This document shows positions 1 to 6,701 of a stretch of DNA of 24,391 bases, in pieces. This DNA is from a virus. Its lineage: Duplodnaviria > Caudoviricetes. Position numbers and translations under genes: made by a program. Every line of letters begins with the position of its first letter. The first letter of the stretch is position 1. The notes below the pieces were generated by a model. The model saw only the letters and a program-made list of their open reading frames with translations. It ran no database searches and had not been told where the DNA came from. Location: positions 1 through 24,391 of IMG/VR virus record IMGVR_UViG_3300020414_001776; one strand, given 5' to 3'.

Positions 1-121
1 TCTTGGGCTCCTTGTCTGTGATGTAGACCTTCTGGTCGTTTCGCAAGAAGAAGTGAGAGCCGCGTGGCCCCGTGTAGATAGTTGCGTCGTCAGGAACAAG
101 TCTGCGAGGAGCTTGTGTCAT
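1..121 (-). CDS. Partial small protein (runs off left edge) with PBCV-type basic adaptor-like motif
   Basis: ATG at 121, 1 nt after the stop of the 123..461 gene; translates MTQAPRRLVPDDATIYTGPRGSHFFLRNDQKVYITDKEPK...; IYTGPRG..F....KVYI resembles the basic adaptor motif (recalled, not searched). Not in the ORF track. Confidence 0.6.
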   Translation of the reverse strand, partial: MTQAPRRLVPDDATIYTGPRGSHFFLRNDQKVYITDKEPK

Positions 122-122
122 T

Positions 123-461
123 TCAGTAGTCGCTCGGTAAAAGAACACAGGTGTTGCAGCTGTCGTGGTTCTGCTGCATCTCGAAGTCGTATTGGATGTA
201 GCTGATCACCCAGACTTTCTCCTTTTGTGGGCCTACGTCGTAGGCACCCATGAGCCGGCAAGGAACACCGCTTAGTAGGTCGCGAGCGTTGTAGCCCTTG
301 TCCTCCTCGCAAAGCGAACCCCAATCGTTCTTCGCAAAGCGCCAGAACAGCTCATTAGCGAGTGCTCGCGCGATGTTGCCAAAACGCTCCTTAAAGCCAG
401 CGGAGAAATGCACGAGGCCAAAGCACTCGGGTGGAAGGGTTGGTAACTCGGTTGCGTCCAT
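123..461 (-). CDS. Conserved phage/plasmid-type hypothetical protein
   Basis: Motifs DWGSLCEEDK..N, LMGAY, KVWVIS and TCVLLPSDY match a widespread mobile-element family (DWG...ED...N...SxY...WIIT...TxLLPxEY). ATG 461 preferred to TTG 467. Confidence 0.75.
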   Translation of the reverse strand: MDATELPTLPPECFGLVHFSAGFKERFGNIARALANELFWRFAKNDWGSLCEEDKGYNARDLLSGVPCRLMGAYDVGPQKEKVWVISYIQYDFEMQQNHDSCNTCVLLPSDY

Positions 462-484
462 GCTCAAGAGGCGCGACTGTGCTT

Positions 485-513
485 GTTCTAAACCTGACTG
501 CCCAAGCTGTCAA
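485..513 (-). promoter_or_regulatory. Sigma70-type promoter for the 123..461 gene
   Basis: TTGACA (513-508), 17 nt spacer, TAGAAC (490-485). Confidence 0.65.
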
Positions 514-518
514 TAGTG

Positions 519-526
519 GGAACAAT
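519..526 (+). promoter_or_regulatory. GGAAnnCT-class motif (variant GGAACAAT)
   Basis: 28 nt before ATG 547; back-to-back with the sigma70-type promoter. Confidence 0.5.
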
Positions 527-546
527 TAGGCACGCAACGCGGACGC

Positions 547-735
547 ATGACCACAAGGGACGAAGCTCACCTCATCCTTTTCAAAGGCCAATCCAACATC
601 GCCCTTATGGCCCGAGATGTCGGATGCTCACTGGGGGATCTCCAGGAGAGCTTTCGCCACTACGTCAGGGGAAACCCAATCGATCCAGACGTCTGGAGAG
701 GTGACGTGGAGCCATCGTGGCCCTTCTGGACCTGA
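547..735 (+). CDS. Small phage hypothetical protein, possibly HTH-like
   Basis: 62 aa ORF filling the gap before dcd; NIALMARDVGCSLGDLQESF is helix-turn-helix-like; motif upstream at standard spacing. Confidence 0.65.
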   Translation: MTTRDEAHLILFKGQSNIALMARDVGCSLGDLQESFRHYVRGNPIDPDVWRGDVEPSWPFWT

Positions 736-779
736 TACCGATGCGAACCCTGATAACTTCAAACCAGCGAAGATCGTCC

Positions 780-1304
780 ATGACCACGCTCGTCGACAAG
801 CAGATCAAGCAGTGGGCCAGTAATGGCGGATTGAATCCCTGCGACTTCTCCTGCGTCAACCCTGCGTCTGTCAATCTCCGTATCGGATCGACCCTAGTTG
901 TTGAATCGCCAGGTGGCGGCACCTACGAGGTGGACATCACTGATAACAATGCCGGCCGTCCTTTCCTGATCGATCCGGGCGAGTGGATCCTGACCCACAC
1001 CCAGGAGGTCATCACCCTGCCGCCAAACATGGAAGCCGAAGTTTGCCTTCGTAGTTCCGCAGCTCGCGCCGGATGGCAGCACGCCCTTGCGGGATACATC
1101 GATCCCTCCTGGTCCGGGCGCATAACCCTGGAATTTCAGAACGTGCGGCGCTTTGAGTGCTTGCCGATCTATCCGGGCCTGCAGCTCTGTCAGCTGCGCC
1201 TTCGTCGACTCGAACAGACACCCGAGCGCGGCTACGACGTCACCGGCCGCTACCAGGGCGACATGACCGTCTCGACCAATAAAGACACGAGGTTGGGGCG
1301 ATGA
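780..1304 (+). CDS. dcd: dCTP deaminase (dUTPase/dCTP deaminase superfamily)
   Basis: VNPASVNLRIG, EVITLP, RSSAARAG, AGYIDPSWSGRITLE, YPGLQLCQL and GRYQG motifs. ATG 780 (MTTLVDKQI) matches the usual family N-terminus better than 717. Confidence 0.92.
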   Translation: MTTLVDKQIKQWASNGGLNPCDFSCVNPASVNLRIGSTLVVESPGGGTYEVDITDNNAGRPFLIDPGEWILTHTQEVITLPPNMEAEVCLRSSAARAGWQHALAGYIDPSWSGRITLEFQNVRRFECLPIYPGLQLCQLRLRRLEQTPERGYDVTGRYQGDMTVSTNKDTRLGR

Positions 1305-1492
1305 AGGGGGAATGGATTCCAACAAGAGATATGGCAGCTCTCGTGGGCTGCTCGAGGCGGACGCTTTCGCGGATGCAAACGGCCGGCTATTTCATCGAAG
1401 GACAGCACTGGCAGAAGCTGAATCCGCTCGCTCCTCGCTCAAACTTTGTCTGGCATCGCACCCGCGTTCTCATAAAGATGGGCCGAGCCTGA
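1301..1492 (+). CDS. Excisionase-like / winged-HTH DNA-binding protein
   Basis: 63 aa, basic; WIPTRDMAALVGCSRRTLSR HTH followed by EGQHW; ATGA overlap with dcd; adjacent to integrase. Confidence 0.75.
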   Translation: MKGEWIPTRDMAALVGCSRRTLSRMQTAGYFIEGQHWQKLNPLAPRSNFVWHRTRVLIKMGRA

Positions 1493-1496
1493 TCGT

Positions 1497-1504
1497 GGAA
1501 CCCT
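1497..1504 (+). promoter_or_regulatory. GGAAnnCT motif (GGAACCCT)
   Basis: 31 nt before GTG 1528. Confidence 0.6.
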
Positions 1505-1527
1505 AGGGAATGCACGCGGCCTTCTCG

Positions 1528-1677
1528 GTGAACACTCAGACACGTAAGCGAATCTCAGCAACTGGAGCTTTTACCGCGCTGATGTATCTGATTTGTTTCG
1601 TGAACCTCGGCTACGCCGTCGCGGCCCAGAACTACCTCGACAAGCCCTGCTCATCGCCCGGTTACTTCAAGAGTTGA
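1528..1677 (+). CDS. Small putative membrane protein (49 aa)
   Basis: MNTQTRKRISATGAFTALMYLICFVNLGYAVAAQNYLDKPCSSPGYFKS: basic N-terminus plus one hydrophobic helix; below the ORF track cut-off; alternative in-frame ATG at 1510. Confidence 0.55.
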   Translation: MNTQTRKRISATGAFTALMYLICFVNLGYAVAAQNYLDKPCSSPGYFKS

Positions 1678-2929
1678 ACAGCTTCTCGAGTTGCTCGAGC
1701 TTTGCAAGCTTGGCCAAAATTTCATCACTTAGCCCCGCACTGACGGGGTTTTCTTGTGTCTTGCCGAAGCGCCCCTTGGTTGATGCGTCCTTGCGCTCTG
1801 CAGTCATGAAGCGCAGGTAAACGCGCTTGTGAATGTCCAACGTGTGGCCCAGCCAGCGAGCGAACTCCTCGGAGGGCGTGGCCAGCATGTCTTCGTCGAG
1901 CGATGTCTCGCAGCGGATCGCATACGAGTGGCGCAGGTCGTATGGGCGCACCCACTCGTCACCGACCCACAGCTTGGGGATCCTGTCGTGAGAGATCTGC
2001 GCATAGAAGGCGTTGGTCACCTCTGAGTTGTTGACCGGAATCCGCTGGCCGCCGCGATCGTCCCAGCGGAGCTTCCAGCGCTCGTTGACCTGATGTTGAT
2101 ATTTCTTGAAGTTCTCCTTGAGTTGATAGCGCTCGAGCCAGTGTTCTGGCTGCGGAGGCGCGATGTGTCGCTCGGTCTTGGTCAGGCCATCGCCCGGAAT
2201 GACGATCCAGCCGTCAGCGTCGATGCCTTCCGCGTGCCAGGCCTCAGACGGCCTCAGTCCGTAGGTGGCAATCAACGCAGAGAGCCACTGCTCATGTCCC
2301 TCCAAGCGATCGAGCCAGGCTTCGAGCTTCTTGTCCTCAGGGATGGCCCTGATCTTCTGAGTGCGTCGGTCCTGCTCCTTCTTGGCGGCCCCCGTGGGCT
2401 TCAACGCCCTGAGCTCAGCCAGCAAGGACTTGAGATCGATGTCGACTGCTTTGTCGATGTGAGAGATGGTCTCGATCCGATTCCGAAAGGCTGACGGTTG
2501 GGTGATCGGATCACGCAACAAGGCCCAATCGCGGAGGGCTCCGAGTGTCACCTTGCCTGTCAGCTGGCCGATCTCCTTGAGGTGCCCCTCTGCGTTTTTC
2601 CTGCTGCCTTCCCGGGCAATACGTGCGCGCAAGTTCTCGAGGGTGACCTCCGCCAGCTCTTTCCATTCGACGCTCTGGTCGACATGCCGCTGGGTCGATT
2701 TCAGCCACGTTCCTCGCTTGTGTGCCTCGAGGCACTCGATCCCGCAGGCTTCGATGTGCTCGTCAAGATCTGACCGGTAGATGCCCGAGCTGAACGTCCG
2801 GACAGTCTTGCCGTCCACCGTTTCCCGAATGAAGATGAATGGCTTGCCGGATCGCTTGACCATCCGGAAGCGGCATTTGCTCGCGCGGAGCTGGCCAACC
2901 CAGAACTCCCACCGTGTGATTAACGCCAT
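1667..2929 (-). CDS. int: Tyrosine recombinase / phage integrase
   Basis: 420 aa; catalytic boxes TYGLRPSE (R), TKT (K), YDLRHSYA, WLGH and KRVY (Y); adjacent to a tRNA-derived attP. Confidence 0.93.
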   Translation of the reverse strand: MALITRWEFWVGQLRASKCRFRMVKRSGKPFIFIRETVDGKTVRTFSSGIYRSDLDEHIEACGIECLEAHKRGTWLKSTQRHVDQSVEWKELAEVTLENLRARIAREGSRKNAEGHLKEIGQLTGKVTLGALRDWALLRDPITQPSAFRNRIETISHIDKAVDIDLKSLLAELRALKPTGAAKKEQDRRTQKIRAIPEDKKLEAWLDRLEGHEQWLSALIATYGLRPSEAWHAEGIDADGWIVIPGDGLTKTERHIAPPQPEHWLERYQLKENFKKYQHQVNERWKLRWDDRGGQRIPVNNSEVTNAFYAQISHDRIPKLWVGDEWVRPYDLRHSYAIRCETSLDEDMLATPSEEFARWLGHTLDIHKRVYLRFMTAERKDASTKGRFGKTQENPVSAGLSDEILAKLAKLEQLEKLFNS

Positions 2930-2949
2930 CTGTCGGATTGCCGTAACTC

Positions 2950-2957
2950 AGTTTTCC
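2950..2957 (-). promoter_or_regulatory. GGAAnnCT motif (GGAAAACT)
   Basis: 28 nt before integrase ATG 2929. Confidence 0.6.
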
Positions 2958-2962
2958 GCGAG

Positions 2963-2989
2963 GAACTGTGTTCGAGGGGTACACAGTTC
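2963..2989. repeat. 9-bp perfect inverted repeat (operator or Int arm-type site)
   Basis: GAACTGTGT-N9-ACACAGTTC between int and the attP core. Confidence 0.6.
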
Positions 2990-3079
2990 TGTCGCAAGTT
3001 GGCTTCTCTTGTCAGGAGTCGCACAGGGTATTGCGAACTACCCCGCGTGTTCAGCCTAACTCAAAGTCCAGGCGGGCAC

Positions 3080-3107
3080 AAAAAAAGGGCCCGGATACCC
3101 AGGCCCT
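3080..3107 (-). terminator. Rho-independent terminator downstream of the tRNA 3' fragment
   Basis: AGGGCC-N10-GGCCCT followed by a T-run on the - strand. Confidence 0.75.
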
Positions 3108-3122
3108 GTAAGGAGTTTGATT

Positions 3123-3167
3123 TGGTGGCGGGGGGGAGATTTGAACTCCCGACCTTCGGGTTATGAG
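3123..3167 (-). other. attP core: 3' half of initiator tRNA-Met(CAT)
   Basis: - strand CTCATAACCCGAAGGTCGGGAGTTCAAATCTCCCCCCCGCCACCA = anticodon loop, 3' anticodon stem, T-arm, acceptor strand and CCA; the 5' half of the tRNA is absent; phage-type genes on both sides. Confidence 0.9.
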
Positions 3168-3306
3168 GGCGAACTGAACCGCCCAAAACCCTTGCAATGA
3201 CAAGGCTCGCGCCAGTGAGGTGCACTGTTAGGGGCACAGTCACGGACCCCCTCCCCATCTCATCGGTCTTCTTAGCCATAGGTTTCCGAGTCGACAAAGA
3301 ATCTTC

Positions 3307-3314
3307 GGAACACT
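3307..3314 (+). promoter_or_regulatory. GGAAnnCT motif (GGAACACT)
   Basis: 32 nt before ATG 3339. Confidence 0.65.
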
Positions 3315-3338
3315 TGCTCGTTCATTGCACAGCCACCA

Positions 3339-3581
3339 ATGGCAGAGCCCAAGTACTACGACTTGCAAGGCAAGGAGGTTGTCTTCTATCACCCGGTCGA
3401 TGCGTTCGAAGCTATCGAGCTCGGCCTCGTGACCACAGGCGAGGCAAAGGTAGAAACCGCCCCCGAACCCAAAAAAGAAGAGCCGAAGATCGAAGAGATC
3501 GCAGAGGCCTCTCCCCCCGAGGAAGAGCCGGCAGATTCAGGCCCTAAAAAGCGCGCACCTCGCCGCCGCTCTGCCGAGTGA
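3339..3581 (+). CDS. Small hypothetical protein with E/P-rich linker and basic tail
   Basis: 80 aa; short folded N-terminus, acidic disordered middle, KKRAPRRR C-terminus. Confidence 0.75.
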   Translation: MAEPKYYDLQGKEVVFYHPVDAFEAIELGLVTTGEAKVETAPEPKKEEPKIEEIAEASPPEEEPADSGPKKRAPRRRSAE

Positions 3582-3763
3582 TGCACGACGTCGAAGCTCC
3601 GGTGGACAAGCACGGCTTCACCCTGAAGCCGCCGATCAGTGACCAAGAGGTGATTCTTCGGTGCTTGGCAAATGCGCCTGCAGGCCTCGACGCCAAACAG
3701 GTCAGGAGGCTGATCGAGCAGATGAGCGGCCGCAGCCCCCCATTCCCAGCGGCGGAACCCTAG
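3581..3763 (+). CDS. Conserved cyanophage-type hypothetical protein
   Basis: TGATG overlap with the upstream gene; DKHGFTLKPPISDQEVILRCLANAP resembles small proteins I recall from cyanophages. Confidence 0.7.
   Translation: MHDVEAPVDKHGFTLKPPISDQEVILRCLANAPAGLDAKQVRRLIEQMSGRSPPFPAAEP
3754..3761 (+). promoter_or_regulatory. GGAAnnCT motif (GGAACCCT)
   Basis: 28 nt before ATG 3782. Confidence 0.65.
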
Positions 3764-3781
3764 GCAGAACGCCTCCGCTCA

Positions 3782-4096
3782 ATGACCCCTGAAGCTCTCC
3801 TGGCGATGGCCGTCCCCGCGATCCTGGGCTGGATGGGTTTCACGTGGCGTAGGGCGGAAGCTGCACTCGAGCGGGCAGAAAGAGTCGCCGACAAGGTCGA
3901 CCGGGTCGAGTTGAAGATGGCGGAGGAATACCTGACAAAAAAGGACTTCAGCGAAGGATTGGCTCAGGTGATGTACTCCCTGAAAGAGGTCAAGGGTGGG
4001 ATGCAATATCTGACTGAGCGTGTCGATTTTCACGTCACAGAGCAGGCAGGCGAAGCCAAGCAGCTGCGCGAAGAGATCGAAAGACTTCTCGGCTGA
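3782..4096 (+). CDS. Putative holin-like membrane protein
   Basis: N-terminal hydrophobic helix then coiled coil (ELKMAEEYLTKKDF); directly upstream of the endolysin. Function inferred from position. Confidence 0.6.
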   Translation: MTPEALLAMAVPAILGWMGFTWRRAEAALERAERVADKVDRVELKMAEEYLTKKDFSEGLAQVMYSLKEVKGGMQYLTERVDFHVTEQAGEAKQLREEIERLLG

Positions 4097-4098
4097 TC

Positions 4099-4106
4099 GG
4101 AATCCT
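4099..4106 (+). promoter_or_regulatory. GGAAnnCT motif (GGAATCCT)
   Basis: 28 nt before endolysin ATG 4127. Confidence 0.65.
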
Positions 4107-4126
4107 TCTGGCGATTCAGGATCGCC

Positions 4127-5278
4127 ATGACCCGCTCCTTCTCCGCAGACGCAATCGAGCTGATTAAGGAATTCGAGGGACTGGCGCTGACGGCCTACTT
4201 ATGCCCTTCGAAGGTGTGGTCCCTCGGCTACGGCAGGACCAACGGCGTCAAGTCTGGAGACACCTGCACCGCTGAGCAGGCTGAGCTCTGGCTCATCGAC
4301 GACATGGATTGGGCCAATGATGCCGTCAACGATTACATCCGGGGCAGCGTCCCCCAGGCGGCCCATGACGCCCTGGTCTCCTTCACGTACAACGTCGGAG
4401 CCGGAGCCCTGAGCGAGAGCACCTTGGCCCGTCGCATCAATGCCGGCGAACCTGTGATCCGTGTGATCGAGGAAGAGCTTCCACGCTGGGTCAACGGTGC
4501 CAACGGTCCTCTGGTCGGCTTAGTGCGTCGCCGTGAGGCCGAGGTAGCTCTGGCGCAAACGAGCGAGGAGATCGAGGTCGTTGAGCCAAGGGCAGACAAC
4601 AGCATCTCTCTGGTCAACGCAGCGACTTACTTCAAAAACCTGCCGCATCAGACCGAGGCTTTCGAGTACTTGGAAGACCTGCTCACGCTCGAGGAGCTTG
4701 ATGAGTTCGCGCGCATCTATCGAGATGGCATTCAGTCGTCACACCGCACTCTGAAGGTGCGCCACATGATCCAGCTGGACAATGGCCCCTACGGCTACCG
4801 GCAGTGCTTCACAACTAGCTGCGCAATGCTGCTGGAGTATCTGCGCCCTGGCACACTGAGCGGCCCTAACGGGGACCTCGAGTACTTAGAGACGGTCGAA
4901 CAGTACGGAGACACCACAGATGCCTCCGCCCAGGTCAAGGCGCTGCGGTCCTACGGGCTCGACGTTGAGTTCGTTACTGACGCCAGCTGGGAGACCCTCG
5001 AGGATCAGATCAGAAAGGGCTTGCCTGTGCCCTGCGGCTGGCTTCACAAGGGCAGCTCTTCCTCACCGTCAGGCGGCGGTCACTGGTCAGTCGTGGTCGG
5101 CATGACTGAGGCAGGGGTCGTGATGAATGACCCACTCGGTGAGGCAGATCTTGTGAACGGCGGTTATGTGGACCACTGGATCACTGCAGGCCAGTCAGTG
5201 AGCTATTCCGAGAGGAATTGGAGGCCTCGCTGGGAAGTTGAAGGGCCCGCGTCTGGCTGGGCAATTATCGCCAGGTAA
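4127..5278 (+). CDS. Endolysin: GH24 lysozyme fused to C39-like cysteine peptidase
   Basis: IKEFEG...AYLCP..VWSLGYG, DALVSFTYNVG and GLVRRREAE (GH24); QLDN..YRQCFTTSCAM, GGHWSVV and MNDP (C39-like Cys/His/Asp). Confidence 0.9.
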   Translation: MTRSFSADAIELIKEFEGLALTAYLCPSKVWSLGYGRTNGVKSGDTCTAEQAELWLIDDMDWANDAVNDYIRGSVPQAAHDALVSFTYNVGAGALSESTLARRINAGEPVIRVIEEELPRWVNGANGPLVGLVRRREAEVALAQTSEEIEVVEPRADNSISLVNAATYFKNLPHQTEAFEYLEDLLTLEELDEFARIYRDGIQSSHRTLKVRHMIQLDNGPYGYRQCFTTSCAMLLEYLRPGTLSGPNGDLEYLETVEQYGDTTDASAQVKALRSYGLDVEFVTDASWETLEDQIRKGLPVPCGWLHKGSSSSPSGGGHWSVVVGMTEAGVVMNDPLGEADLVNGGYVDHWITAGQSVSYSERNWRPRWEVEGPASGWAIIAR

Positions 5279-5283
5279 CAACC

Positions 5284-5291
5284 GGAACACT
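5284..5291 (+). promoter_or_regulatory. GGAAnnCT motif (GGAACACT)
   Basis: 28 nt before ATG 5312. Confidence 0.65.
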
Positions 5292-5311
5292 TGCTCGAAC
5301 ACATCGGGCAC

Positions 5312-5551
5312 ATGACCCAGCGAATCTCACCTAAGTGCCTCAAGGGTTACGACATCATCTGCAATGGCGCCGGTCGGATTGAACGCAACGAATTAGGCAA
5401 AAAATATGGTGTTCCTGAGCCATTGCTATCAACATGCACTGAGACAGACGGTCTCTGTTGGTGGGTACGTCCGCTAGGTTTCTCGTTCTCTATGACCCTC
5501 AAGGTGTCGCGCCTCAAGAACTTCTGGCAAGGAGAGCACGCTGATGGGTGA
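5312..5551 (+). CDS. Hypothetical protein (79 aa)
   Basis: ATG 5312 chosen over TTG 5291 because of motif spacing. Confidence 0.6.
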   Translation: MTQRISPKCLKGYDIICNGAGRIERNELGKKYGVPEPLLSTCTETDGLCWWVRPLGFSFSMTLKVSRLKNFWQGEHADG

Positions 5552-5729
5552 GATGCGAGGCCGGCTTTGGTTTGAAACTTCTGGATCCGGCAAACATGTC
5601 CGCTATTTCTGTCGAAGGCGATATGAAGAGCTTTCCGTAGAGGTCCCTGATGAGGACGTGAAAGAGAAAGGCCCCGACCAGATGAGCATCTGGACGGAGC
5701 ATGGAGAGACGTTCGACCCGATCAGCTGA
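5544..5729 (+). CDS. Hypothetical protein
   Basis: Overlaps the upstream stop; AAGGAG upstream; converges on the next gene. Confidence 0.5.
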   Translation: MGEMRGRLWFETSGSGKHVRYFCRRRYEELSVEVPDEDVKEKGPDQMSIWTEHGETFDPIS

Positions 5730-5895
5730 ACATGTCGGCGAAGAGGTCGCCTTCGTAGGTGGCGGAGTAGCGGGCGGCGTTGGCTGCGTTGATTGCGTCG
5801 CGTTGCTCGCGGGTGATGCGGACCTTGATGCGGTCAGCGGGGGCGAAGAAGCGGGGGTCGCCGAGGGTGACGGTGTGGGTGAGGTTGGCGGTCAT
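5722..5895 (-). CDS. Small hypothetical, probably early, protein (57 aa)
   Basis: MTANLTHTVTLGDPRFF...; strongly C-ending codons; own sigma70-type promoter. Confidence 0.65.
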   Translation of the reverse strand: MTANLTHTVTLGDPRFFAPADRIKVRITREQRDAINAANAARYSATYEGDLFADMFS

Positions 5896-5918
5896 GTGTC
5901 TGGCTGGCTGATGTCCCA

Positions 5919-5947
5919 ATGATTACAGCATCAACCCCAGATGTCAA
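5919..5947 (-). promoter_or_regulatory. Sigma70-type promoter
   Basis: TTGACA (5947-5942), 17 nt spacer, AATCAT (5924-5919). Confidence 0.6.
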
Positions 5948-5957
5948 CACGTGCAAC

Positions 5958-6182
5958 TCAGCGGTCTGAGAGATCCTCGTAACGCTTTAGGTCGCTGAGT
6001 CGTTTGCTCCAGGTATCACCGCCGTGATCAGCACCCTTTAGAGGGTTGATGCACTGCTCATTTCCGAAGCGATCACAGACAAGGCCTGCGAGATCTGCAT
6101 CAGTGCCTGGCTTACCTGTAGCCCATCGGAGCTGGCCGTCGAACCAAGTTGCCCCACACTTTCCACATTTGCGGCATTCCAC
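5958..6182 (-). CDS. Conserved cyanophage-type small Cys-containing protein
   Basis: CGKCGATW.DGQL.W.TGK.G...DLAGLVC...CINP..G...GDTW.KR pattern recalled from cyanophage/cyanobacterial hypotheticals. Confidence 0.75.
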   Translation of the reverse strand: MECRKCGKCGATWFDGQLRWATGKPGTDADLAGLVCDRFGNEQCINPLKGADHGGDTWSKRLSDLKRYEDLSDR

Positions 6183-6206
6183 TGTGAAGGCCCCGACGTA
6201 CCCGCA

Positions 6207-6214
6207 AGGGTTCC
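6207..6214 (-). promoter_or_regulatory. GGAAnnCT motif (GGAACCCT)
   Basis: 32 nt before GTG 6182. Confidence 0.65.
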
Positions 6215-6649
6215 GGCGTGCAGCTCCCAGGGGTCAGGGTCAAGGAAATGATCGGTGTTGGTCAGCATTCGTATTGCTCGACTGAGGTGAAAGTATCCGG
6301 GGCTCAGGGCCAATCCATTAAGTGATTCTTAAGCCCGCCCGAATGTCAGGAAAAGGGGTTCCCGACCTCAAAGGCAATCGCAGATAAAGCCTGCGAAATC
6401 TGAGTGAGTGCCGCACTTATTCGTTCGCCTTCAGAGGTTGGAGGCGGAATTTCGCGCTGGCAAAACAGCTCCCAAGGGTCTGGATCAAGAAGGTGGTCTG
6501 TGCTGATTCGCATTGAATCTCCGTGAACAAAAAGAACCTACCCCTCGTTTCCATTTCTGGAAATGAAAATGATTCTCGCTCGTGTGTTTTTAAGGTTTCT
6601 CTTAACAATTCCAGCCAAAAAATGTACTAGCCGCTACAAAGCAGGGTGA

Positions 6650-6676
6650 TGCACATTTGCACATTTGCACATTTGC
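6650..6676. repeat. Tandem 8-bp repeat (TGCACATT x3.4)
   Basis: tgcacatttgcacatttgcacatttgc within the non-coding region. Confidence 0.9.
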
Positions 6677-6701
6677 TTTTAGTTGTCGCAAGGGTTTTGG
6701 G

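Noticed and set aside
744-751. CGAACCCT as a further motif copy before dcd
   Set aside because: Mismatch in the invariant GG and 36 nt spacing; possible but not counted.
2930-2984. 73 aa ORF 2763..2984 or an upstream extension of int
   Set aside because: Different frame overlapping int; ATG 2929 is supported by motif spacing.
3123-3200. Complete tRNA-Met gene
   Set aside because: Similarity stops at the anticodon loop; no 5' anticodon strand, D-arm or 5' acceptor strand.
6038-6313. 91 aa - strand ORF, and the 63 aa ORF at 6417..6608
   Set aside because: TTG starts; the first overlaps a better-supported gene and the second lies over the hairpin-rich region; no recognisable protein features.
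6391-6422. Hammerhead ribozyme core (CTGAGTGA near GAAA)
   Set aside because: Does not match CUGANGA and the required stems cannot be built.
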